From: Minutocellus sp. GHC0000111
Lineage: Eukaryota
NCBI GenBank assembly: GCA_977018835.1
Contig: OZ361257.1
Span: 4,960,001-5,024,000 of the forward strand
DNA: 64,000 nucleotides
Direction: 5' to 3'
Shown here: positions 31,591 through 42,924 of the stretch, one piece after another
Numbering within the stretch: position 1 is the stretch's first letter
Layout of the letters: the number at the start of each line of letters is the position of its first letter
Position numbers and translations under genes: made by a program
Notes under the pieces: model-generated
What the model saw: the letters and a program-made list of their open reading frames with translations, nothing else
Databases searched by the model: none
What the model was told of the DNA's origin: nothing

Positions 31591-31855
31591 CTTGAAGCAA
31601 GGTTGAAAAGTAGCCGGAACGCTGAGTGCATGAGGAGTGAGATGCGGGCGAGCCAAGCAAGCCGCGCGTGCGTGCGCACGAGGGAGTTTTTCGGACAGAC
31701 AGAAGGACGCCGTTTCCCAGCCAAGCAATCGGAAGACGGAAGAAGACATCGCGCCCACATCACGTTGACCTGACCTGACCTGGTATTGATCGACGGCGAG
31801 GAGCATCAAAAGGGCGGTGATCCAAGTTGCACCATATATCACAATCATTTGCAGC

Positions 31856-33802
31856 ATGAAGTTCTCGATCGCTGCTATTTTCGTGTCGGTATCTTGCGGC
31901 GGTCTCGGCGTGACTGCCTTTGCGCCCGTTCCTGCACATGTCGGTTCGCTTTCACATGCAACGGCCGGCACTGCTGCCAGCATCAGCCCAACATCTCTCC
32001 TGTATGCCTCGACGGTGACTCCCGAGACCCGTCAATTCACCAAGGAACTCAAGAACATTCTGAGTCCCCGCAATCGTCAGGGCGGTAAGCAGGGAAAGAA
32101 TGGCAATAAGCGTGTAGGTGCTGCAAACATCAGCCAACCCGAACAGGCCGAACAGTACCTCCTTTCCAACCTCGACAAGGCCGACGTCGTTTCCGTCACC
32201 AAGGTCGTCGGCGCTTGGTCGCGGAGCCGCGATCGCAATGCCCCGGCCCGTGCCGAAGAACTCGTTTCCAAAATTACACAAATTGCCAATGACGACAATC
32301 GTCTCGACCTCCGTCCCAACGCGTACACGTACAACGCCCTGATCAACTGCTTCGCCCGTCGGGGCATGACCGACAAGGCCGAACACTATTTGGAGGTGGT
32401 CCAATCTCTGCCCGGCGTGCAGGCCGATGCCGTCACGTACAATTCCGTCATCAACGCCCACGCCACCAGTCGCCGCGGCAAGCGCGACGGTGCCGACCGT
32501 GCCCTGGAATTGCTGGAGGAGATGAAATCCTCGGACAACCGGAACGTTCAGCCCGATGCCATTACCTACGGATCGGTCATCAAATGTCTGACCAATGCCG
32601 GTGGCAAGGCCAACGCCGAGCGGGCGGAGGAATTCTTGGACGAGTTGGGGAAGCTGTACGAGGAATCCGGAAAGAATGAACGTTTGGCGTCTAATACCAT
32701 TATTTACAATTCGGTTTTGGATGCCTTTGCCAGTATTCGCGGTGGGGATGGCATTGCCCGTGCCGAGGCGATTTTGGATCGGATGGAGGATCTGAGGGCT
32801 GCCGGAACCAGTGATGTGAGTCCCGATGCCTTTACGTTTTCGTCGCTCATCAAGGCATGGACCTCGGCCTCGACGAGCTCTGGTAAGAAGAACAAGAAGA
32901 ACGATGATGACGGCGATAGCACCAGTGATCCCGACCTCCTCGGCCGATCCGCCGCCGAGCGTGCTCAGCAGTTATTGGACCGCATGGAGCAGCTCCACCG
33001 CGATGGCGACGACAATGTCAAGCCTACCACCGTCGTGTACAACTCCGTCATCGCGGCGTGGGCCAAGAGCGGGGAGACCGGAAGTGCCGAGCGGGCCGAA
33101 GACTTGCTCGCGCGCATGGAGCAGATGGCCAAGACCAGCGGCGATGCCGACGTCCGTGCCGACACCATCAGCTTCAATTCCGTGATTGATGCCTGGGCCC
33201 GTGCGGAGGAGTACGGGTCGGCCGAACGGGCCGAGAATCTGCTCAACAGCATGGAACGGCAGTACATTGCCGGCGACGAGGCCGTCAAGCCCGACATCAA
33301 GAGCTTCAACTCCTGTATCAATGCGTGGAGTCGCACCGGTGGACCCGGCGCTGGGTTGCGTGCCGAGCAGCTTTTGGATCGCATTGAGGCGCTATACGAA
33401 GATACCGAAGATGAGGACATCAAGCCCAATCAGATTACATATGCCAGTGTAATTCACGCTCATGCTAAGAGCTTCAAGAAGGGATGTGGCGAGTTTGCCG
33501 AAGCCATTCTGGATCACATGGAGGAGCTGTACGAGGACGATGGCGTGGTAGAGGCCAGGCCGAATCCTATCGCCTTCAGCGCCGTCCTTCAAGCATGGAA
33601 GAACAGCGAGGTTGGTCTATCGCCGCCCAGGGCCGAGGGACGCCTCATGCGGATGCTGGAATTTGTCGACCGGAACAATGGGTGGGAGGTGCAGAATGCG
33701 AACAAAACATTCGACTTGGCGGTGCGGATATTAGACGCATCGTACGACGCAGATGCGATTGCTAGAATCGAAGCATTGAGGAATAAGCTCGAGGTGGAAT
33801 AA
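31856..33802 (+). CDS. Pentatricopeptide repeat (PPR) protein, plastid-targeted
   Basis: Signal peptide + VTAFAP. About 10 repeats of the type P[ND]..[ST]YN.VI.AWA.SG....AE.LL..ME. Confidence 0.92.
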   Translation: MKFSIAAIFVSVSCGGLGVTAFAPVPAHVGSLSHATAGTAASISPTSLLYASTVTPETRQFTKELKNILSPRNRQGGKQGKNGNKRVGAANISQPEQAEQYLLSNLDKADVVSVTKVVGAWSRSRDRNAPARAEELVSKITQIANDDNRLDLRPNAYTYNALINCFARRGMTDKAEHYLEVVQSLPGVQADAVTYNSVINAHATSRRGKRDGADRALELLEEMKSSDNRNVQPDAITYGSVIKCLTNAGGKANAERAEEFLDELGKLYEESGKNERLASNTIIYNSVLDAFASIRGGDGIARAEAILDRMEDLRAAGTSDVSPDAFTFSSLIKAWTSASTSSGKKNKKNDDDGDSTSDPDLLGRSAAERAQQLLDRMEQLHRDGDDNVKPTTVVYNSVIAAWAKSGETGSAERAEDLLARMEQMAKTSGDADVRADTISFNSVIDAWARAEEYGSAERAENLLNSMERQYIAGDEAVKPDIKSFNSCINAWSRTGGPGAGLRAEQLLDRIEALYEDTEDEDIKPNQITYASVIHAHAKSFKKGCGEFAEAILDHMEELYEDDGVVEARPNPIAFSAVLQAWKNSEVGLSPPRAEGRLMRMLEFVDRNNGWEVQNANKTFDLAVRILDASYDADAIARIEALRNKLEVE

Positions 33803-33925
33803 ATAGGAACGATGTTGTTGTAATTTTTTAACACACATATATATTTGTTTCGGTCTTTGGTCTGTCGGTATTCATAAATAGTGTTTTTCGTATCAAATGC
33901 ATTTTCATATTCTCTCCTTCTCTTT

Positions 33926-36136
33926 TCATGCTTTCATCATTGAGTTGGCACGGACAGCCTGAACAGATACATCGACCAAACGATTGGTGACGTCGTCCAT
34001 GGTAGAATCAATATCTTCGTCCAATGCGTCCCCGCCTATAAGGCCCAGCTCGGTGCAGATGCTGCCGTTGCCAACAATGAGGTTGAACGAAAGACGAGCC
34101 ACGACCCAACGGATGCCGCGGACGAACACCTCCTTCTGGTCCTTGTCCTTGGCCTCGAAGAGGATGACCCCGCCATTGCTAAGGGCAACAAAGAAGCTAT
34201 GGCTCGGCATGGCAAAGGGGTAGGCCTGCAGATGCTTCGCCTCGGCCTTCTCGACCGATGCAATCTCAAAAAGAGGAATGCTGCCTCTTGCGATGACCTT
34301 TTTGGACCTGCCGGCGGCATCGTCGTAGATGTCCCATGTCAAGCAGGGATCCGGTGATTCCTCGTCCAGCATGAGGAAGGTGGTAATGTCCGTTGGTTCC
34401 ATCTGAAGCTTGGAATTGTGGACTCGGTGCCAAATGAGTGGAAATCCTTTGTCGATGATTTGCTTGGAAAAGTGACGAAGATCGGATACGTCACCGCTAC
34501 TGGCATTGGCCGAGACGGACTTTCGGTTGTGTTGCCTGGGAGTGCCACCACCCTTGTCCCTCACAACGCCAACACCGGGCCGCCGTCCGATGACGTCCAA
34601 ATCCTCCTCGGCACCGGTAACGGTGCTGCTGTCCTCGTCCTCGTCTCCCTCGGGGATGTTCTCGGGCCGGCCCGACAGCGTCGAGCTGCCCCGCCGTCCC
34701 CGGCCTCGGCCTCAGCTACCACCACTGCGCCGGCTGCCGCTGCGGCGCTGCTGCTGCTGTGCGCGCCTCCCACTGCTGCTCTGCTGCCGCCGATTCCGGC
34801 CGCTGCTGTGGCCGGTGGTGTCGCTGTAATCCGACTCGTCCTCGGAGGACGAGTCCTCGTACGATGAACCGTCGTCGTCGTCGTCGGAATCGCCTCCGCC
34901 AAACCCAAGCTCGGCGAGGTCGGTACCTGCCATGCAGTTGGTCGACATCATGTGCTGGAGGAACTGGACCGGACCGATGATTTGCGGCTTCGTTTCTCTG
35001 TCATTGGTGGCAGTTTTCGTGTTCTTGTTCTTTCCATTCGTATTATTGTCATTCCGTGGGTTGGTCCGCGCCACGACGGTGGAGTCCCCGCCTCCGACCC
35101 CGATGCCATCTGTATTTTGGCCTTGTTGTATGCCGAGCAACTCGCTGCCATTGAGGCTGTAATCGTTCCGGCCGCGACTTCTGCTCGATATAGCCTTGTT
35201 GCTCCTATTGGTCCCACTCTTGGTGGTGCTCTTGACTAATTTCTGCCGCATCTTGGACATGGGCTTGTTGGTGTTGGCATTGTTGTTGTTGACATCGCCA
35301 TCCATCGTCGTGGCCTGAACAAAGTCGTCCATCACCTGGCTGAGGGCAGGACCGCACGGGTTGGTTCCCGTCACTCGCAAGGACTGCTGTTGTTGAGCGT
35401 TCTTGGCACTGCCGCGTCTGCCATTGGGCGATAGCGATCGGACGACGGCGTCCCGCAATTTTCTTCCGGGACTGGAGGTCTTCTTCTTGTTGTCGTTGGT
35501 GTTGTTGTCATTGGCATGGCTGCTCTGATTGCCATCGCGATGATTTCCACCCCCCTCCATATTTCTGTTGCCCGACGACGATCTGTTGGCATTGGTCTTG
35601 TTGTTGTTATCCACCGCCATTAAGTCGTTGGCAATGTCGTTGGTCCACTCCTTAATAGTACCAAGCGCCGAATACAAAAGTCCCCCGGCCGTCGCGGTGG
35701 CCTGGGTACCGGCCCCCATGGATTGGTACGAGGGGGAGGGGCCGACGACGACGTCTCCCACTCCTTCTCCAACTAACTGCTGGGAGGAGGGCCCATCGTT
35801 GCCGGTGGAGTGCGAGTTGGGACTCCCCAGCCCGCCGGTGAGGTTGGCCGTGTTGCTGCTGTTGTCATTGCCGCTGCCGGCGCCTCCTCGCGTGTGGGCT
35901 CCGGTGGGGACGGTCGTGTCGCCCGTCCGGACGGTGCGGACCTGGCGAAGGTCCGAGGCCGACGAGGCCGGGGTGAGGACTGCGCTGCTGGGGTCGGCCT
36001 CGTGGCTGCCGGTATTGTTTGTATGGTTGTCGGTGGTGGTGATCGACACCCTGGCCCGGCCGCGGCTGCCGCTCCGCCGACGGCGATTTGGGGTGCCGTC
36101 GTTGTCGGACGAGGACGGCATTGTTTGACTGACCAC
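33926..36136 (-). pseudogene. Low-complexity protein with C-terminal PH-like domain; one internal TGA
   Basis: ORFs 34712-36136 and 33926-34600 are in frame and separated only by TGA at 34712-34714 (SGGS*GRGRGRR). C-terminal YPFAMPSHSFFVAL...ILFEAKD...FVRGIRWVVARL. Confidence 0.7.
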
Positions 36137-36757
36137 GAGGCTCAGCGAGCGCAGTGCGTATAAAAAGATACGGAGCCAGCCCGCGACGCAATCGATCAGC
36201 GAAAAATAACGTTATCGGAACGAACAAGAGATGCACTAGGACCGGCCGATTGCCACGAGGAGCAGGGTACTAGTATCAGGGCACGACCAACAAGTGGCAA
36301 ATGACAATTGCTCGCTTGCTGCTGGAGGGTTGGCAGAGAACGAACGAAAAAGCGAAGCGGTCAAGAGTCCAAAAGTAGGCACATGCACAAAGAACACAAG
36401 ATGGGCTCGTTTTTTAGACTACTATGGTCACGCCTCGGCAGATCGAGGTAACGCCAGAGTACTGGGCGTCCAGCCAAACCCTATTCTTTGCCGTTCAGCC
36501 AAGGACCGAGAACAATATTGTCGCTCATCCAATGGCATCTCATCGCCAGTTCAGGCCGATCTCTAGAGTAGCTCTGCATGGCATGCATCGCGTCGCATCT
36601 GATCGACAAAAAATTCCCTCCGATACGCGAGCCTGCAGCGCCGACTTACGGAAAAAGCCTGCCGGCTAACATTGGCAGTCGAGCAAGTCACGAAAACAGA
36701 ACGACTTTCACTTTCACTTCACTCTTGGCAGGCTTGAAACAACGTCGGCCACCGACC

Positions 36758-37696
36758 ATGAGCCTGAAGAACGGCGAGGGCACGGCTACCACCACCCCAG
36801 CGAGCACCGGAATCGGCCACTCCTGCTTCACCGACGCAATATACTCTCAAGTAGAGCATTTGTACTCCGAGCACTCCCAGCACGTCGAGCACATCACCGC
36901 CTTCCTCGAACGGACCGTGCTGCCGGATCTGCTACTAGTACTACAATCGTCGTCGTCTTCTGCAACAATAAGTATTGCTACGAGTGGCAGTGATGAGAAG
37001 CAGAATATAAACAAAGAGCTGTCCCTGCTGGACGTCGGCGCTGGTCCGGGACAAATCACTCACAAATTGGCTCGTCATTTCCCCACAGTCGAGGTGATGG
37101 AACCCAACCCCTCACCGGACTATCTGGCCAGCTATGCCCGGTCGGAACCGCCCTTTGCCGTCCATCCATCACCCACGCTGGAGGAGGCCGCCATTGCGCC
37201 CGACGCGTACGATTTGATCCTGTGCTCGCACGTGCTGTATCACGTCGCCACATCGAAATGGACGGAATGTTTGCAAAAGTTGCATGCGGGGTTGCGAAAA
37301 CCCAATGGTCGTCTTGTGGTGGCGCTGATCGCCCCCCGTGGTCCGTGGTACGAGTTCATGTGCTCCCTCCGACCGAATCACGAGGTGGAGATGCACACCG
37401 GCACGCTGTGTCGAAAGCTGGATGATTTGCCAAACGTGGCATACAGGGCATATCCTCAAAAGGTTTCGCTGGCGGTACCTGCGGACCTGTTGGCAGAATT
37501 TACCAATCTCGTGAGATTGTTTTCGATTGCAGACACGTGGACGCCGACGGAATGGGAGGAGCTGGGGGAGGCAGGGAGGGAGGAGGCGGAAAGGAAGGTG
37601 GAAAAGTTTATTCAAGAGCAGTGTTTGGATACTAGTAGAGAGCGGAGGGGGTATCGGTTGGAATTTGACGAAGATTATGTTGTGGTGTCGGCTTGA
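36758..37696 (+). CDS. Class I SAM-dependent methyltransferase
   Basis: LLDVGAGPG (motif I), VMEPNP, YDLILCSHVLYHV, L..GGR-like LRKPNGRLVV. Confidence 0.85.
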   Translation: MSLKNGEGTATTTPASTGIGHSCFTDAIYSQVEHLYSEHSQHVEHITAFLERTVLPDLLLVLQSSSSSATISIATSGSDEKQNINKELSLLDVGAGPGQITHKLARHFPTVEVMEPNPSPDYLASYARSEPPFAVHPSPTLEEAAIAPDAYDLILCSHVLYHVATSKWTECLQKLHAGLRKPNGRLVVALIAPRGPWYEFMCSLRPNHEVEMHTGTLCRKLDDLPNVAYRAYPQKVSLAVPADLLAEFTNLVRLFSIADTWTPTEWEELGEAGREEAERKVEKFIQEQCLDTSRERRGYRLEFDEDYVVVSA

Positions 37697-37842
37697 AGAC
37701 GGGACCAGCAAGAGTGATGCACATTGCAACATACATCGAAATTTTAACATTTCGGTTCCCATCAAAATCCACCAAATTGCCCCACACCTCTCAAGAAAAC
37801 ATTCCAATATTTATCGACCATAAATTGAACCAATAGTCAACG

Positions 37843-39519
37843 ATGACTGCTGCATGGGAAGAGTATTTTGAAACAGCGCATAAGAGAAGGGAAGAAGGCA
37901 ACAAGCTATTCCACGAAGATAGTTTTGATGGTGCAATCCATGTGTACATCGACGGTCTCTGGCATCTGAATCGTGCCGAGGAGAAACTTGCAAATGACGG
38001 GTATATTTCTGATGGAAACAACGGCGTTCTAGACTCTATCCGATCTCTTCAACTTACTATGCATTCTAATTCGGCAGAATGCTACTTGATGCTTGGCATG
38101 GGCATCAAGGCAAAGGAACACTGCACACTTGCTCTCACGATCGACGAAGAAAATGATACAGTCCATGAGCGCCTCAATCACGCTAATTGGCTATGTAGAT
38201 ACTATGACAAACTTTTGGCACAAGTTTATGAAAAGTTGGATCGGCTGCACTCCGCCAAAGATTCTGTAGATTTCGCTGCGATGGTCAATGCTACCCGCGA
38301 ACTTTCCGAGATTTCCCCGATTGGTTCAGGCAAATTGGATTCTCATCTCAAGGTGAAGATCATATTGGAGCGAGCTGAGATTGAAATTATTCTTGCAAAG
38401 GCTCTGTGTAGAGACAACTACGCTCAATGTCCCAACAAAATATCAATCGCTTCAGCTGCTGGTCATCTCGATAAAGTGTTGAGTTATGTTCGGAGGCCGC
38501 AGCACTCTGTCGACCTTTCCTGAAAGGTGACAGAATCGGTTTTGATGTTTCTGACAAATCTGATGATGGACACGAGGCCGGCTTCCTTCCAAATACTTTA
38601 CACGCAGAATTAAATTGCAAGCAAGCCCGAGCCCTCATGATAAAGGAAATGATTCGGTCACAAATCAATTTGTCTACCTACATCCCTACAATCAAATTGT
38701 GGAGTGACGACGAACGAGCAAGCTTGTATAATCGGTTGGCGGAAACCAAAAGAATACTCCTTGCTGGTGTTGACCTACTTCAGTCTTCGTTGAACTATTT
38801 TGAAACCCGGCATGATCTACATGGGCGTGTTGAGCTGTATGGTTGACATTCGTTTGAGGCTGGTTGTTGTTGAATGGATAGGGTTGAATTTGGAAGATGT
38901 GAGACAGTATGTGAACTCTATCAAATCGACTTTCGAGACCGTCACTCTAAAGAAGATGGATTGCGATCACGTCAACAAAATGTGCGAGGCCGTATCAAGC
39001 ACGTGTAGAAAACTTTTCAACGGTTCCACTGAGGTGGTGCATTTTCCGATGATAAGTACCCTCTTGTCTGCCTGCATCCGCGGTTATAATATCGCGGGCA
39101 ACTCGGAAATGGAGATTGAAATGTTGCGAACACTCATTCGAGCAAGACGCCTTTCCTGGATGTCACGCCCCCTTCCAACATACACTCCGAGATCAGATGA
39201 AGATGCATAAGATGACAAGAGAAATATTGTAAGCCTTGCGGAGGCTCTCAAACAGACCGGGCGCGAGGTTGATCTGAAATGTCCTATATGTATGGAATCG
39301 CTGCTTGGGGTGGAAGGTACTGTTGTCAATCCACTGAGCTGTGACCATTTGTTTCACAACCATTGTTTCCGGCAGTATTGTGGAAGTAAGATATCAACCG
39401 AAGACATGGCACAAGCTCTCCTCGGGCATCGTATTATAAAGCAGATGCCCTGCCCAGTCTGCAGACAGCAGAGATCAATGCGAGTAATGAGAGATGGCTC
39501 GTTTATCGAGGAGGTCTAG
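37843..39519 (+). pseudogene. TPR + RING E3 ligase paralog of 15241-16905, disrupted
   Basis: Colinear similarity (REEGNKLF, MHSNSAECYL.LGMG, LYNRLAE, EMEIEMLR.LI..RR..W, TGRE...CPIC, CDHLFH..C, RIIKQMPCPVCR, DGS..EV*). Frameshifts at ~38478 and ~38815; in-frame TAA at 39208-39210. Confidence 0.85.
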
Positions 39520-39559
39520 CTAGTTTCACTCGTTTATCGAGGAGGTCTAGCTAGTTTCA
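39498..39559 (+). repeat. 31-bp perfect tandem duplication spanning the stop codon
   Basis: ctcgtttatcgaggaggtctagctagtttca x2. Confidence 0.95.
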
Positions 39560-39629
39560 CATCTGCCAACACAACTACGCAGGACTGAATAAAATAACAT
39601 TAAGCTTAGCATACATTGATCAAACATTT

Positions 39630-41876
39630 TTATTTCTTCTTTTTCTTTTTGTTCTTCTTCTTTTTCTTGGCGCTTCCGCCGCCACCGTCGGCCTTGCCGT
39701 CTGCTGATGTGCCATCTTCTGGAGACGCCGAGTCATCCCCGACAAAAGGCTTGATGGTCGAGTCGAAGCCAAGATCGTTGGCAAATGCACTTCCCACATC
39801 TATATCGAACTCATCGTTCTCCTTGCCATTTCTCTCGTCATCCGATGCTAGCAGCGGATTGCTGTTGATTGCATCGACCAAGCCCGCCATACCCATTCCA
39901 GGCATAAACCCGTTGGCTGGCGGCATCGGTATACCGCCGCCAAGACGCTGCTGCTCAATTGTAGTGCTTCGCAAAGTTTCTTGGTATGATTTCCAGCCAT
40001 CGTGGCTATCGAGATAATGTCGGAGGAATGAATGCGTCGACAAGGATTGGCTGTGCAGTCGCAGGGCGTTGAGACATCGTAGCAATACACCCTTGTTGGA
40101 CACGGTTGCGTCGTTCTTGATCGCTTTGATTGCCCGGCCAACGAACTTAGTCTTTTGGACCAGAACCTTGAGGCCATCCTCGTGATTGGTCATGCAGAGC
40201 GAGTGAAGCAATCGATAAAATTGAATCTGATATAGGTTGTTCTCAGGGTATGCAAATAGGAGGTCAACAAAGCCTGGGAAGGGGTTGTAGACAATGTCCT
40301 CGGAATCATTCGCCTCGTCCGCCTTTCCACCGCAAGAGGGCGGAAGGGGTAATGCGCAAATGGCATCGATTGCCACCTTTGCGGCAGAGTGGTCGTGGAC
40401 CGTCTCCTCTTCCTTATTTTCGGTGGAATCGCCATTTGCGTTATCAAAGTCAACAATGTCCGCCAAAAGGCTGATGAGATGCAGCCTCCGAGAAGTAAAG
40501 GGTCGCTTGATGGCATAATGGCCGGGATGACGAACAGCGCCGCCATTATCATCGTCACCATTCTCTTCACTCCTTGTATCGATCGATCCACCATCTGCTA
40601 GCGCATAGACATCGATGCCCTTCACTAGCACATCAATACTGCCAATCAAACGCTGATGCATTGATGTGGTCAGTCCGCTCTTTTTGATTTTGTTGATAAC
40701 CTCGACCGTGTCCTCCACAGCCTTGGCGGCTTCGCTGGTAGCTTCATCGGCATCGGCCGCATCCAACGCCGGCGGAGCCGAGTGATTCTTGCTCCTTCCA
40801 GTTGCTAAATCAAACAAACCCAACAGGGCGCGTGATGCCGAAAGCGAATTGTTCAAACTGCCACCGGTAACACAGTGCGTCAAATGATGCAAAAAGTCAT
40901 CGGTTGCCAGCGGTGCCAACAGAGCCTCCTCGCCGACACTCTCCTCCATCTCCTTCTTCTTTTTGGCGTCAACCACCACGCCCGGTGGTGGCATGGGAGG
41001 AAAACCAACGGTATCCACAATGGATAGCAAAGCATCGCAAGCAGCCTCACTTCTATACAGGGCACTCTCATCAGTACCTGGGTGGTCGATGCAGTCGGCC
41101 AGTCTCGTCAACAAATCCCAATCGGCCAAGCTACGGACAAATTTCCGCCGATGGCCCTTGGAAATAAGATGGTTGGTGCTATTGTGAAATTCCTGTGCCT
41201 GCTGGGCCATCATCATGGGGTTGTTCATCATCTGTTGATTCCGGGTCTGTTCCGTGGCGGCATTCGACGACAGTCTACCGGTGCAGCCCGTGGTGACAAT
41301 GGCCGCCAACGTCGGTAGGGGACTTTCCAAGCTGGCGGCGCTGCCAATGTCGGCACCGGATTCGGCCGCCTTGGTCGACGCGGACGACATGGAGCGGTAG
41401 GTCAACATGGGCCCTAGGTGGGCCTCGATGCCCTCCTTCCCACCGGCGCAGGCTGCCATACAAACGGCGTTGGCATATCCTTCGAGAAGAGATTTGAGCA
41501 AATGGTTGACGTGCGGGATGTGCGGTCGAAGGTGTTGCCGATCAGATGAATCTTCCCCAGGTTCCTCCTGCTCCTTTTGATCATATGCGCCAAATAACTT
41601 CTTGGCCAACAGACCAGCCCTCGTGCCGTTCAAAATCAGCGCATCGTTCTCCTCAATGTCGTCCAGGCTCCCACCGCTCTTTTGGATCTGGGCCGCCAAC
41701 TGCACGTCCTGTTCGAGTATCTTGGTGGCTCGGTACGACCGTTTGATGGGAAGCATCTCGTCTTGTTCGCTAGTATCACTCGATGAGGTGGAGAGCGTCG
41801 TCATGTTGAGAGGACGGACGATGCAATCCGAGAGGACGGCGTAGGCGTTTTCGTTCTCCTTGAGGAAGGTGGCCAT
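39630..41876 (-). CDS. SAPS / PP6 regulatory subunit-like protein (probable upstream exon ending at 42276, intron 41877-42275)
   Basis: PFTSRRLHLISLLAD and FVDLLFAYPENNLYQ resemble SAPS motifs. Lys-rich C-terminus. GAG|GTGCG donor and GCAG|ATG acceptor seen; 5' structure uncertain. Confidence 0.6.
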   Translation of the reverse strand: MATFLKENENAYAVLSDCIVRPLNMTTLSTSSSDTSEQDEMLPIKRSYRATKILEQDVQLAAQIQKSGGSLDDIEENDALILNGTRAGLLAKKLFGAYDQKEQEEPGEDSSDRQHLRPHIPHVNHLLKSLLEGYANAVCMAACAGGKEGIEAHLGPMLTYRSMSSASTKAAESGADIGSAASLESPLPTLAAIVTTGCTGRLSSNAATEQTRNQQMMNNPMMMAQQAQEFHNSTNHLISKGHRRKFVRSLADWDLLTRLADCIDHPGTDESALYRSEAACDALLSIVDTVGFPPMPPPGVVVDAKKKKEMEESVGEEALLAPLATDDFLHHLTHCVTGGSLNNSLSASRALLGLFDLATGRSKNHSAPPALDAADADEATSEAAKAVEDTVEVINKIKKSGLTTSMHQRLIGSIDVLVKGIDVYALADGGSIDTRSEENGDDDNGGAVRHPGHYAIKRPFTSRRLHLISLLADIVDFDNANGDSTENKEEETVHDHSAAKVAIDAICALPLPPSCGGKADEANDSEDIVYNPFPGFVDLLFAYPENNLYQIQFYRLLHSLCMTNHEDGLKVLVQKTKFVGRAIKAIKNDATVSNKGVLLRCLNALRLHSQSLSTHSFLRHYLDSHDGWKSYQETLRSTTIEQQRLGGGIPMPPANGFMPGMGMAGLVDAINSNPLLASDDERNGKENDEFDIDVGSAFANDLGFDSTIKPFVGDDSASPEDGTSADGKADGGGGSAKKKKKNKKKKKK

Positions 41877-42924
41877 CTGCGAATATCATGGAAAGATACA
41901 AGGCAAAGGGTAGCACAAAATTCGAGAAAAATGAGATGTGCGCATTGATACATAGATACTTAGATAAAGAAAACAGATGAAGAAGGCGGATGAAGAAGGC
42001 GGATGGCACTGCATCGATACTCTTCGTTCGCGAGACTGGCAGAAGACATGCCCCAATAATTCTTCGTGCGTTTGTGTTTCTGGAAACTCGGCACTTCTTG
42101 TGCTAACTTCTTGCGTTCGTCCATTTTTAAAGTTCGATGAAATGCAGTAAAACACATGCCAAGGACACCAACTCGCAGACAAGCTACTCCCTGAATAGAT
42201 TCTGTCCATTATTCAACGATTGAGATGATCCAAACCATGCACATAACACTGGCGCACCGCTCACACAACACGCACCTCCTTCTTGGCATCCTCGGTGAGT
42301 CCACCGTCGGCGGCGACGGAGTCCAAAAGGCGGTACACCAGAGCCTCATCCGTCGACATATCAGCAGACGAAGATATGCCGTGCTCGGCCATCGTTTGGG
42401 TCAGCTCGGCGGTCATGCCTGCTCTCTCTGTCGGCAGGCAGGGAGGGGCCGTCGTTTTGCCATCAGCATCTTCCTCGAGCGAGCAGATCCGGTCGACGGA
42501 CTGACTCTTGGGATAATTGCGTCTGTACGTCGACCGTAAAATGCAAGCCGGCACGGCACATCTGCAAAACAGCGGGATGCGCGCTTGGGATATTGGCACC
42601 GACCAAGACCTCGTTTGGCACCATCAATCCAAGCGAGAGCGGTCGGCTCACCTCCAGCAATTTGGTCAAATAACTGCCAAACAACAAGAGGACGGTGTCT
42701 GTCGCGTGCTTAATTTGGGCCTCCCCTTGCAGTGTGAAGAAGAAGAAAGAAGAAAAATTGGGAGTCGAATCGAATGAACCATCATTCTTAGCACAAAGAG
42801 AGGAGAAGGTAGATTGAGCAAGATCTGGTGGTGACTGTTTGGAACAGAACACATTTCGGCTCTTGATTCGATTATTCGGTTGCGTTCTGCTCCCTTCGAG
42901 GGAACGGTAGTTCACAAAATAAAC

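Noticed and set aside
39498..39559. CRISPR-like direct repeats
   Set aside because: Only two adjacent copies, no spacer, eukaryotic context and no cas genes.
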